DNA of 64,000 bases. It comes from an uncultured virus (IMG/VR IMGVR_UViG_3300030118_002929). Taxonomy: Duplodnaviria > Heunggongvirae > Uroviricota > Caudoviricetes. Positions 48,789 through 58,062 of the stretch are shown one piece after another. The translations under genes and the position numbers were made by a program. Each line of letters starts with the position of its first letter. The first letter of the stretch is position 1. Under the pieces are notes generated by a model that ran no database searches, was not told the origin of the DNA, and worked only from the letters and a program-made list of their open reading frames with translations. The DNA lies in the IMG/VR virus record IMGVR_UViG_3300030118_002929; one strand, written 5' to 3'.

Positions 48789-49846
48789 AAATAGCATTAA
48801 TTACTGATACTCACTTCGGTGCAAGAAACGATAGTGAAGTATTTAATAATTACTTTTTTAAATTTTATGATAATGTGTTCTTTCCTTATTTAAAAGAACA
48901 TAATATAAAACATTGTATTCATCTAGGTGATATTACAGATAGAAGAAAGTTTATAAACTTTAAAACACTAGATAAATTCAGACATGACTTTGTATATAAG
49001 TTAGGTCGATACGATGTAGATACACATGTTATAATCGGTAATCATGATACCTATTATAAAAACACAAATGAAATAAACAGTATGAATACATTGTTTACTT
49101 CTTTCGATGGTAAGTATGAACCTTACATTTATACAAAAGCAACCGAAGTAGATTTTGATGGTTGTAAAATGTTATTTCTACCTTGGATATGTGATGACAA
49201 TAGAGATGAAACAATGCAGATGATTAAAGATACAGATGCACAAATTGTTATGGGTCATCTAGAAGTCAAAGGTTTTACAATGTATAAAGGTTTCACAAAC
49301 TTTGACCATGGTTTAGATAGACAGACATTTGATAAATTTGATTGTGTATATACAGGTCATTTTCATCACAAATCAACGCAAGGTAATATAACTTATCTAG
49401 GTAATCCTTATCAAATTACTTGGTCAGACTACGGCGATAAAAGAGGTTTTCATATTTTCGATACTGAAACAAGAGAAATTGAATTTATAGAAAATCCTTA
49501 TTCTATATTTGCTAAGTTAAATTATGATGATAGAGAAAAGAACTATGAAGACTTTGATGTATCAGAATATAAAGATAAGCATGTGAAAGTAGTTGTATTG
49601 AATAAGATAAACAATGTTCAGTTTGATAAACTCATAGACAAGTTATATGCAGTAGGTGTTGCAGAGTTAACAATCATAGAAGATTTTACAGACTTTGATG
49701 CAACATTTGTAGATGATAAAAATCTAAAGTTAGACGATACTTTATCTTTATTACATACCTATGTAGATGAAGTCGATACTACTGCAGACAAAACAAGAAT
49801 AAAAGATGATATGAAAAGATTGTATGTTGAGGCAAGTAATCAATGA
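48785..49846 (+). CDS. gp47: Recombination nuclease gp47 (Mre11-like)
   Basis: DTHFG, HLGD..DRR, GNHD, GHFH. Confidence 0.94.
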   Translation: MKIALITDTHFGARNDSEVFNNYFFKFYDNVFFPYLKEHNIKHCIHLGDITDRRKFINFKTLDKFRHDFVYKLGRYDVDTHVIIGNHDTYYKNTNEINSMNTLFTSFDGKYEPYIYTKATEVDFDGCKMLFLPWICDDNRDETMQMIKDTDAQIVMGHLEVKGFTMYKGFTNFDHGLDRQTFDKFDCVYTGHFHHKSTQGNITYLGNPYQITWSDYGDKRGFHIFDTETREIEFIENPYSIFAKLNYDDREKNYEDFDVSEYKDKHVKVVVLNKINNVQFDKLIDKLYAVGVAELTIIEDFTDFDATFVDDKNLKLDDTLSLLHTYVDEVDTTADKTRIKDDMKRLYVEASNQ

Positions 49847-51552
49847 TAGTATTTGAAAAAGTTAGATGGCGTAATTTCTTATCAACAGGCAATGCATTTA
49901 CTGAAATAGATATCGGTAAGTCACCTACTACTTTAATAGTAGGTTCAAATGGTTCAGGTAAATCTACACTCATTGATGCATTGACTTTTGCTTTATTTAA
50001 TAAACCTTTTAGAAAAATTAAAGTAGCACAATTAATAAATTCTATTAATCAGAAAGATGGTTTAGTAGAAGTAGAATTTTCGATAGGTGCATCGAAGTAT
50101 AAAATTCGTAGAGGTATTAAACCTAATATCTTTGAGATATATCAAAATAATATCTTAGTTAATCAAGATGCACATAGTAAAGACTATCAACAGTTTCTAG
50201 AGAAACAAATATTAAAACTAAACTATAAATCATTTACTCAGATTGTAGTTTTAGGTTCATCATCATTTATACCTTTCATGCAGTTACCAGCACCTCATCG
50301 AAGAGAAGTGATAGAAGACCTACTTGATATTCAAATTTTTACTAGAATGAACGATATCTTAAAAGTTGAAATGACAACATTAGCACAAAACTTTAAAGAT
50401 ACTGAAAAAGACTTAGATGTTGTAATTCAAAAGAGAGATTTACAAGAACAATACATAGGGAGGTTAGATGAGCAACGCAAGAAATCAGCACATGAAATCA
50501 ACGATAAGATTAGCAAATCGAAGAAGAACATTGATGGATATCAAAGAGACATCACAGATTTACAAGAGCAAATCGACACCTTACAAAAAGGAATCATTGA
50601 TGAAGAAGTTGTCTCAAAAAGATTAAAGAAGATTACATCTTTACAAGATGCACTAGAAAAGAACAAAGGTAGAATTGCTAAAGATATTACATTCTACTTA
50701 GAAAACGATGAGTGTAATACTTGTAAACAATCTATTGATCCTGCGTTTAAAACTAAAATTTTAGATGCAAGACAAGATAAAGCAAAAGAGATTGAACTGG
50801 CATCAATAGAGTTAGATAATAAGTTTAATGATGTAAACAATCGCATAAATGAGATAGTTGATACACAAAACAAGATAACTCAAATACAGTACAATATTAA
50901 CTCTTTAAACGCAAATATCCAGGCGGAGAACAGGTCTATTGATAGTTATAACATTGACATCACAAAAATAAATGAAGTCGAAAATAGCGAAGATGAGATG
51001 CTAAAACTACAAGATTACCGACAAGAAGAAACTAAACTTAGAGATGAAAAGACTAAGTTAAATGATGAAAGATATTATGCAGAGATATCTGGCAATCTAT
51101 TAAAAGATACAGGTATTAAAACTAAAATTATAAATCAATATTTACCTGTAATCAATCACTATGTAAATCATTATTTACAATCTTTAGACTTCTTTGTTCA
51201 GTTTAATTTAGATAACTCTTTCAAAGAAACAATTAAGTCTAGACATAGAGATGAGTTTTCATATGCATCATTTTCTGAAGGTGAAAAGTTGCGTATTGAT
51301 TTATCTTTATTGTTTACTTGGCGAACTATTGCTAAAATGAAAAATAGTACAAACACAAACCTACTAATCTTAGATGAAGTATTTGATAGTTCTTTAGATA
51401 ACAATGGTACAGATGAGTTTCTAAAAATCCTAAATACTATGGCGAAAGGTATTAATGCTTTTGTTATATCACACAAAGGCGATATACTGATAGATAAGTT
51501 TAGTAACACATTAAAATTTGAGAAGGCGAATAATTATTCGAGACTAGTATGA
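49843..51552 (+). CDS. gp46: Recombination ATPase gp46 (Rad50-like)
   Basis: GSNGSGKST, CNTC zinc hook, FSEGEK.RIDL, LILDEVFDSSLD. Confidence 0.95.
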   Translation: MIVFEKVRWRNFLSTGNAFTEIDIGKSPTTLIVGSNGSGKSTLIDALTFALFNKPFRKIKVAQLINSINQKDGLVEVEFSIGASKYKIRRGIKPNIFEIYQNNILVNQDAHSKDYQQFLEKQILKLNYKSFTQIVVLGSSSFIPFMQLPAPHRREVIEDLLDIQIFTRMNDILKVEMTTLAQNFKDTEKDLDVVIQKRDLQEQYIGRLDEQRKKSAHEINDKISKSKKNIDGYQRDITDLQEQIDTLQKGIIDEEVVSKRLKKITSLQDALEKNKGRIAKDITFYLENDECNTCKQSIDPAFKTKILDARQDKAKEIELASIELDNKFNDVNNRINEIVDTQNKITQIQYNINSLNANIQAENRSIDSYNIDITKINEVENSEDEMLKLQDYRQEETKLRDEKTKLNDERYYAEISGNLLKDTGIKTKIINQYLPVINHYVNHYLQSLDFFVQFNLDNSFKETIKSRHRDEFSYASFSEGEKLRIDLSLLFTWRTIAKMKNSTNTNLLILDEVFDSSLDNNGTDEFLKILNTMAKGINAFVISHKGDILIDKFSNTLKFEKANNYSRLV

Positions 51553-52097
51553 CAAAAATATTACCGTTAATAGTTCCTACAAAAGCGAACTTTGAACCTA
51601 AGCAATTTGATTTTGATAATCCTATACAAGATCCTGTAGAATTAGCAGACCAACTATGGGAGAATATGAAACACTATAAAGGTGTTGGGTTGTCAGCAAA
51701 TCAGATAGGTATAGATGCAAAAGTATTTGTCATGGGTATGGGTGAAGGCAAAGATGAATTTAGATTAAATGTTTTCAATCCTATGATAATGGCAATATCA
51801 GATGAGATGTCAGAATATACAGAGGGTTGCTTAACCTACCCTGGTCTGTTTATGAAAGTTAAAAGACCTAAAACTTGTACTGTTCAATATTATAATGAGA
51901 AAGGTGAAGACCAAAAGTTTACATTTGATGCATTAACATCTAGAGTATGGTTACATGAATATGACCATATGGTAGGTAGAGACTTTACAAGTAGAGTTTC
52001 TAAAATGGTTTTTGATAGAGCAATCAAGAAAAGAGATAAACTTATAAAGAAGATGGTGAGAGAAGGTAAACTACAACCACCACCTAAGAGTGTATAA
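51549..52097 (+). CDS. def: Peptide deformylase
   Basis: GVGLSANQIG, EGCL, HEYDH. Confidence 0.92.
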   Translation: MTKILPLIVPTKANFEPKQFDFDNPIQDPVELADQLWENMKHYKGVGLSANQIGIDAKVFVMGMGEGKDEFRLNVFNPMIMAISDEMSEYTEGCLTYPGLFMKVKRPKTCTVQYYNEKGEDQKFTFDALTSRVWLHEYDHMVGRDFTSRVSKMVFDRAIKKRDKLIKKMVREGKLQPPPKSV

Positions 52098-52588
52098 TGA
52101 TTAAGTTGCCTAAAGCAGGAGAGATAGTTGAATATGATGTAATGACATTTCCAACATTTGACTGGAATGATTTATTTAAAAGTAGAACTATAGAAAAAAG
52201 TATTGATAGTTTAGGTGATGAAGGTATAAGATTAATTCATGACAAAGAGAAGTTACCTAGTTTAGTTGTTCATGATGCTACACATATACCACAAGTAAAC
52301 TTAATGAAACAAGAAATAAAGCATGTACGAAGACCTACACAACCTTTCGATGTAAATTGTCATGCTTATATATCTTTTGCTAGAAACTCAGATGTTTTTG
52401 GATTTCATGATGATTTAGACGATGTTTATATTTGGCAATGTTATGGAACTACAGATTGGGAAGTGCCTAAATATAACATACAGAATACTTTATTACCTGG
52501 TCAGATGATTTATATTCCTGCAGGTGTAAAGCATAGAGCAATAGTAACTGGTCCTAGAATATCAGTTAGTTTTAGTATAGGGACATAA
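52097..52588 (+). CDS. JmjC/cupin-type oxygenase
   Basis: FGFHDD.DDVYIWQ..G...W, PG.MIYIP.G..H.A....R.SVSF. Confidence 0.8.
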   Translation: MIKLPKAGEIVEYDVMTFPTFDWNDLFKSRTIEKSIDSLGDEGIRLIHDKEKLPSLVVHDATHIPQVNLMKQEIKHVRRPTQPFDVNCHAYISFARNSDVFGFHDDLDDVYIWQCYGTTDWEVPKYNIQNTLLPGQMIYIPAGVKHRAIVTGPRISVSFSIGT

Positions 52589-52589
52589 T

Positions 52590-53708
52590 ATGGAAGAGAT
52601 GAAAGCATGGCAACACGGATATCCTATGGACTATCTTGTCAATATACAAGACCGATATGCAGAATATAATAAGTATGCATTAGGTCCTTTTTTAGAAGTT
52701 AAGAAGAATAAAGTAGCACAAAGTTTACACGAAAAGAAACTTAAAGTTACAGATTACAATGCAATAGAAATTTCTGAAACTAAAGTTAAATCTGCTATTA
52801 AAATGCATGGTGATACTGTAATAGGTCATAAGTTACCAGGTGATATTACTTTTACAAAGATATCAAACTTTGATGATGATATCATGAGTATCATTAGATT
52901 GTATTCAGATAAAAATTGTTGGTTATATACATGGGCAGAATGGGGTGAAGCAAAACAATTTGCTAAGTTAAATAAGTTTAAATATATAGGTTGTAAAGTA
53001 AGTTCATTTGCTGAAGTACAAGCGATATACTTTAGAGATGCAAACAATGTATTAGAACCAAGAGAACATCCAACTTTACTTGGGGCAGAGACAGTAAATA
53101 TATCTAAATGTCAATTTATTGACATAGATACTAAAAAATTACAAGAAGAATTAGCACAATTAGATGTAGAATATACTAATCATTATTCGAACTATAATAA
53201 AGGTAAATCTTGGTCAGCAATATCATTAAGAGGATACAAAGATGATGTAAACTGTATTGTTAAACCTTTAGAGATGGATAAAAAATGGAAAGCAAAGAAT
53301 GAAGGTTGGGAAGATTGGCAACTTCAAGATGTAAGTATTCGAAATAAATTTCCTTATGTAAATGAGATTGTAGAAAAGTTACCTACTTCACAAGTTCATA
53401 GAATTAGATTTATGGCACTAGGACCTGGTGGGGGTGAGTTGTCTAGACACACAGACCAAGTAGACCCAACATTAGGTGTAGAAGATGGTAAGTTAATGAG
53501 ATTGCATATACCTGTCGTTACAAATCCTAATATGATTTTTAGTTCTTGGGACATGCATGGACATAAACATGACCATAATATGAAAGAAAGTGAAATGTGG
53601 TATCTAGATATTCGTAAACCTCACATGGCGATTAACAATGGTGATGCAACAAGAATACATTTAGTTATTGATGTTGAGGCAACTAAAGAAATGAGAGAAA
53701 TGTTATAA
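52590..53708 (+). CDS. Asp/Asn beta-hydroxylase-family protein with GNAT-like N-terminal half
   Basis: C-terminal HTD..RLHIP..TN..PH.A.N.G...RIHLV.D. N-terminal WLYTWAE..EA..F.....F.YIG resembles GNAT motif B (weak). Confidence 0.7.
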   Translation: MEEMKAWQHGYPMDYLVNIQDRYAEYNKYALGPFLEVKKNKVAQSLHEKKLKVTDYNAIEISETKVKSAIKMHGDTVIGHKLPGDITFTKISNFDDDIMSIIRLYSDKNCWLYTWAEWGEAKQFAKLNKFKYIGCKVSSFAEVQAIYFRDANNVLEPREHPTLLGAETVNISKCQFIDIDTKKLQEELAQLDVEYTNHYSNYNKGKSWSAISLRGYKDDVNCIVKPLEMDKKWKAKNEGWEDWQLQDVSIRNKFPYVNEIVEKLPTSQVHRIRFMALGPGGGELSRHTDQVDPTLGVEDGKLMRLHIPVVTNPNMIFSSWDMHGHKHDHNMKESEMWYLDIRKPHMAINNGDATRIHLVIDVEATKEMREML

Positions 53709-54238
53709 TGAAAGAAGTATTAACAATAGATGAATTAGTTGAACCTGATTTAATTAAATCTATGCATCATGAGTATGCACATAATTATTATTGGCAATAT
53801 GGTCATCATGGTTCAGATGATGCACCTAGATTTTTTGTTGCTCAACATAATATGAATGGTGGTAAGATATTTAATTGTCCTTTTCAAATATATCTTAAAA
53901 CAAAAATAGAAGATGAACTAAACTGTAAATTTACATATATTGATGACATATACTTAAATGGTCAGACAAAAGGATTTGATGGTGGTGAACATATAGATGT
54001 TTTACCTAGTGATAAAAAAGCATTAGAAAAAATTACAGTATTATATATGGTCAATCATGAACATACAGAGACAATAGGTAATTTTCATTGTGCAGGTCAA
54101 GAAATAAAATTTAAACCTGGTAGAGTTGTATTATTTCCATCTGTAATGCAACATGAAGGCAAAGCACCTACTAATAATCATTTAAGAATAACACTTGCCT
54201 GGAAAGCATGTGATATCAGTTTTGCCGAGACAAAGTAG
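53708..54238 (+). CDS. 2OG-Fe(II) oxygenase
   Basis: NGQT...G..HID, F.PGR.VLF.S...H...P....R.TLAWK. Confidence 0.8.
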   Translation: MKEVLTIDELVEPDLIKSMHHEYAHNYYWQYGHHGSDDAPRFFVAQHNMNGGKIFNCPFQIYLKTKIEDELNCKFTYIDDIYLNGQTKGFDGGEHIDVLPSDKKALEKITVLYMVNHEHTETIGNFHCAGQEIKFKPGRVVLFPSVMQHEGKAPTNNHLRITLAWKACDISFAETK

Positions 54239-54253
54239 AAAGTTTATGTTATT

Positions 54254-54481
54254 ATGAAAACTTATATACATGTAAATCAACATAAGATAAGAGCAAATAA
54301 GAAACATGGAACAAATGAACCTGTCATTACTGTTAAGCGAGGTAAAGAAAACACTTACTGCCATGAAGTCAAAGTTCTCGGTCCTAGTACCGTGGTATAC
54401 GGCGGTAATGATAAACCTCTTCTTTCTTGTGGTGCTAGAGTTGTCATTATGACTGAAGGAGAAGTTGAGGTTGTTAAGTGA
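54254..54481 (+). CDS. Hypothetical protein (75 aa)
   Basis: IHVNQHKIR.N....EPVITVK.G..N.Y..EV...GPS..VY..KPLLSCGARV. GTGA overlap with the next gene. Confidence 0.8.
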   Translation: MKTYIHVNQHKIRANKKHGTNEPVITVKRGKENTYCHEVKVLGPSTVVYGGNDKPLLSCGARVVIMTEGEVEVVK

Positions 54482-56025
54482 AACATTTTTACGAAAAGAA
54501 TAGTTATCTTTTAAATCATGAAGTAAACAAAACATTTGAAGAAGTTTTGTGGATGTCAGATGATGAGTTTAAACAATGGTTAAGAGATATGAGACAAGCA
54601 GTAATACATGCTTGGGATAATCTAGGTATACCTCCTAGAGTAGGTTATAACGAGCAAGAGATTATTGACCAGTTTAATAAGATGAGTTCTTTTCCTGTTC
54701 ATGAGTTCGAATGCTTTAATGAAGAAACACAAAAGAATGATGTAATTAGAAATACTTCAGTTGTAGGTAATGCCGCTAATCAATGGTTTCCTACAATGAT
54801 GAAAACTAAAATAGTTTACAATAAAGTCGAAGATGCAAAATCAATATATGACCACTTTGTAGATGAAGACTTATTTCAAAAAGTTTACACATATGGTCAT
54901 AGACATTTTAAAAGAGATAGTTTTTATCACTATTCTAATCCTATACAACAAGGCAAACAAATAAAGATAGGTACTAAACTATACGAGACTACTACAGGTA
55001 GAGATTTTATCAACTGGTTTGAAAAAGAAGGTAGAGAATACGACACTCATGATTACTGGTTGAAACCTGACAAAGAGCAAGAATATACAGGTTACGATGA
55101 TAAACTTAGAAACTTAAAATTTCTACAGTTAACAAAAGATGAAATGCATGAGATGTCAGAATGGATACCTTCTAAATGTTTAGTTAATCTAAAAGATGAT
55201 ATAGATGTTTATCAAATTATGTTATTTGAAAAAGGTCAAAAGATATTTCCTTTAGGTTTTAAACCTTTTAGAATATCTTGGTGTCAATACGCAGTTAACT
55301 TTCCACCACTTACTGCAAAGTTTTTATATGAAAAATATACAGAGCATTTTAAAGACCAAGAACAAATTCGTATCTGGGATCCTAGTGCAGGTTGGGGTGG
55401 TCGTATTCTAGGTGCAATGTCAGTAAAAGATGATAGAAATATACACTACATCGGCACAGACCCTAATACAGACCATACGATTGAAGGTGGTACTAAGTAT
55501 GAAGACTTAGCAAAGTTCTTTAATGATAAGACATATAGAGGCAATGGTTTATTTCCTCACACAAACACATATGAAATACATCAAATAGGTTCTGAAGAAT
55601 ATAAAACTGATAATGAAAGTTTAGACATGATATTTACTTCACCGCCTTATTTTGCAAAAGAGGCATATAGTGAAGATGAAACACAATCTTATAAAAAGTT
55701 TGGTCAATACCAATCTTGGGTAGATGGTTTTTTAAGACCTACACTAACAAACTGTTACAACTATCTTAAATCCGACAGGTATCTATTATGGAATATCGCA
55801 GATGCGAAGTTCGGTAATGATATGCTACCTCTTGAACAAGATAGTATAAATATATGTAAAGAACTTGGATTTGAGTATATAGAGACATTGAAGATGGCAC
55901 TTGCTCAAATGCCTGGCGGTAACAGAGTAGATGAGGAAACAGGTAAACCTAGAGCAAAGAATTTTTGCAAAGTGAATGGGATATGGTTAAAATATGAACC
56001 AATATTTGTCTTTTATAAAAAGTAA
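54478..56025 (+). CDS. Amino-type DNA methyltransferase (N4-C or N6-A)
   Basis: GTG start. Motif I WDPSAGWGGR followed by motif IV FTSPPY. C-terminal EPIFVF.K. Confidence 0.8.
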   Translation: MKHFYEKNSYLLNHEVNKTFEEVLWMSDDEFKQWLRDMRQAVIHAWDNLGIPPRVGYNEQEIIDQFNKMSSFPVHEFECFNEETQKNDVIRNTSVVGNAANQWFPTMMKTKIVYNKVEDAKSIYDHFVDEDLFQKVYTYGHRHFKRDSFYHYSNPIQQGKQIKIGTKLYETTTGRDFINWFEKEGREYDTHDYWLKPDKEQEYTGYDDKLRNLKFLQLTKDEMHEMSEWIPSKCLVNLKDDIDVYQIMLFEKGQKIFPLGFKPFRISWCQYAVNFPPLTAKFLYEKYTEHFKDQEQIRIWDPSAGWGGRILGAMSVKDDRNIHYIGTDPNTDHTIEGGTKYEDLAKFFNDKTYRGNGLFPHTNTYEIHQIGSEEYKTDNESLDMIFTSPPYFAKEAYSEDETQSYKKFGQYQSWVDGFLRPTLTNCYNYLKSDRYLLWNIADAKFGNDMLPLEQDSINICKELGFEYIETLKMALAQMPGGNRVDEETGKPRAKNFCKVNGIWLKYEPIFVFYKK

Positions 56026-56644
56026 AGCAAACTTTAATAACCCTCCAGTAGATTTTGATACATGGGGTCAGTACGATTACGATGTACTGAAACATGAAAA
56101 GTATTGCTATAACACATATAGACACTTTTTAAAAAGTTACTTAGTTAATCCTAAAGAGAATACTGTATTTGATATCAACTGTGGTAAAGGATATGGCATA
56201 TCACATTTAGAAAAAGAGTTTGGTTTTAAAAAGTGTATAGGGTTTCAGTATAACAACGAACTACTTAACATATGTAAAGATACACACGATAATGTATCTT
56301 TTTATAAAGACTTCATACTATCAGCAAAAAAGAATGCAGATTTCATATTAGCATTTAACAGTTTACAACTACAAGACAATAAGACTGCCTTACTTATGAA
56401 GGTAGCACAATCTTTAAACAAAAACGGCACATTGATTATTGTTAATCAAGTTAACAATGAACATGAATATGACAGTTATATTAATATATTAGTTAAAACA
56501 CATGGGTTAACATTATTAGAAAATTATGATATTAGTCCTCATGTTGTTCAGGCAACTGATAGAATTTTTGAAATGAACAATTTACAGGCGGGTAATTATG
56601 CTTTCAATGGCAAGTTTATGGTCAGTATATTACAAAATCAGTAG
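55994..56644 (+). CDS. Class I SAM-dependent methyltransferase-like protein
   Basis: VFDINCGKGYG (variant motif I), L.K.G.LII. Confidence 0.6.
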   Translation: MNQYLSFIKSKANFNNPPVDFDTWGQYDYDVLKHEKYCYNTYRHFLKSYLVNPKENTVFDINCGKGYGISHLEKEFGFKKCIGFQYNNELLNICKDTHDNVSFYKDFILSAKKNADFILAFNSLQLQDNKTALLMKVAQSLNKNGTLIIVNQVNNEHEYDSYINILVKTHGLTLLENYDISPHVVQATDRIFEMNNLQAGNYAFNGKFMVSILQNQ

Positions 56645-56664
56645 CATAGTAAAATCTTTAACGA

Positions 56665-57111
56665 ATGAAACCTGAAATGTCTAAAAAGTTTCTAGATTGG
56701 ATAGAAACACAAGATACAAAAGATAAAACAGTAGTAGAAATAGGTACTGGTTATTCTTTAGCATATTGGACTAAACTTTTTGGTACTGCAATAGGATATG
56801 ACCATGATAATAAATGGATTGATATAGCGAGTAAGTTTGGCACAGTTAGAAAGTTTGATAAAGATATTTTTGAAAGTAAAAGATTTAAAACAGATATAGA
56901 AAATGCAGATTATGTTATTATAGATAATCACCCGATGAGTATTCGTAGAGAATATTTTGCAAATTATGTTATGAAAAATAGTAATGCGATTATAGTTTTA
57001 GACAATACAGAAACAAATCAACAAGCATACAATATATTATTTTCTAATTATTATATGAGAGATTTTCCTGATGTCGAGAATACTAGTGTTTTCTTTGAGA
57101 GGAGAAAGTAA
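56665..57111 (+). CDS. Class I SAM-dependent methyltransferase-like protein
   Basis: VVEIGTGYS, GYDHD..W, VIID, IIVLDN. Confidence 0.65.
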   Translation: MKPEMSKKFLDWIETQDTKDKTVVEIGTGYSLAYWTKLFGTAIGYDHDNKWIDIASKFGTVRKFDKDIFESKRFKTDIENADYVIIDNHPMSIRREYFANYVMKNSNAIIVLDNTETNQQAYNILFSNYYMRDFPDVENTSVFFERRK

Positions 57112-57776
57112 TGAAGATATTTAATAGTTTACATCCTACTAGCACAGTTTTAGGTACAAAACATATTCAAAGTGGTGTAGTAGAAAATTTCCCACAAGTG
57201 AGTGATATACTAAGAAAGTCTTGGCAGAGATTTCAAGATAAGAAAATTTTAAATAATAAGAATACAAATCTAACAGGAAAGATGAGTCCTTACTTTTCAG
57301 ATTTATATGATCCTTCAATGAAACATATTATTAACATATTTAAACCATATGTTCAAAATTTTATGCTACAAGGAAAACAGTATTTTCCTGGTGTTATGGA
57401 ATATGTTGAATGTGGTGAAATATGGATTAGCGAATACAACGAAGGGCATAAAGCACACTCTCATACACACTATCCTTTTCATATAGCGATGTCGTATTAC
57501 TTTGATATAGAAGATGCAACACCTATACAATTTGAAGTATTTGATCCTGAACAGGCACATTTTCCTAACAATCTACAAAATAACTCAACAGTAACAATTA
57601 CACCTACTGAAGGATTATATGTTTTATTTGATGGTGATATTAAACATAGTGTTCCTGAATGTAGGGGTAAACGAATAGTAGTGGCAAGTAACTGGTATTT
57701 CGACCTTAAAGGATATTGTGAAAAGGGTAAAAAAACTACTAAAGCAGAGACCGATGATTGGTTAGAACATAAGTAG
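57111..57776 (+). CDS. Putative 2OG-Fe(II) oxygenase
   Basis: W...Y.EG.....HTH....SYY, P.EG..VLF.....H.V......RIV...N. Confidence 0.75.
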   Translation: MKIFNSLHPTSTVLGTKHIQSGVVENFPQVSDILRKSWQRFQDKKILNNKNTNLTGKMSPYFSDLYDPSMKHIINIFKPYVQNFMLQGKQYFPGVMEYVECGEIWISEYNEGHKAHSHTHYPFHIAMSYYFDIEDATPIQFEVFDPEQAHFPNNLQNNSTVTITPTEGLYVLFDGDIKHSVPECRGKRIVVASNWYFDLKGYCEKGKKTTKAETDDWLEHK

Positions 57777-57780
57777 AACA
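57764..57780. promoter_or_regulatory. Alphaproteobacterial-type LexA box GAAC-N7-GAAC
   Basis: AGAACAtaagtAGAACA, about 20 bp upstream of a -35 element. Confidence 0.55.
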
Positions 57781-57799
57781 AAATAATTTAAAATAACCC

Positions 57800-57829
57800 T
57801 TGACAAATAAACCTGTTCCATGCTAAATT
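57800..57829 (+). promoter_or_regulatory. Early sigma70-type promoter
   Basis: taaccc-TTGACA-18 nt-(TGc)TAAATT with AT-rich upstream element. Confidence 0.7.
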
Positions 57830-57835
57830 AATATT

Positions 57836-57985
57836 ATGATGATATTGAAAGCACTATTCTTGCCATTTACACTACTGTTCAAATTAGGTAAGTGGTTCGT
57901 ATATTTTATATTTTTCATGTTAGGATGCTATTTATTCCTAGTTTTTCTGATTTATTTTGCCGCCTTTGTTGCAAATATTTTATAA
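57836..57985 (+). CDS. 49-aa hydrophobic membrane peptide, probably leaderless
   Basis: MMILKALFLPFTLLFKLGKWFVYFIFFMLGCYLFLVFLIYFAAFVANIL. ATG lies 6 nt after the -10 box. Confidence 0.6.
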   Translation: MMILKALFLPFTLLFKLGKWFVYFIFFMLGCYLFLVFLIYFAAFVANIL

Positions 57986-57995
57986 ATCGTTGATT
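57983..57995. promoter_or_regulatory. IHF consensus site
   Basis: TAAatcgTTGATT is the reverse complement of WATCAANNNNTTR; followed by T-tracts. Confidence 0.5.
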
Positions 57996-58023
57996 TTACT
58001 AGGTTTTTTAATGCATTTTTTTC

Positions 58024-58053
58024 TTGACATATAAAACTGTTTCGTGCTAATAT
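58024..58053 (+). promoter_or_regulatory. Early sigma70-type promoter
   Basis: TTGACA-18 nt-(TGc)TAATAT. Confidence 0.7.
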
Positions 58054-58062
58054 GATTATATA

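Noticed and set aside
54222..54250. Possible promoter TTGCCG-17-TATGTT before 54254
   Set aside because: Weak match, and only 3 nt from the ATG, which is too close for a start site upstream of the codon.
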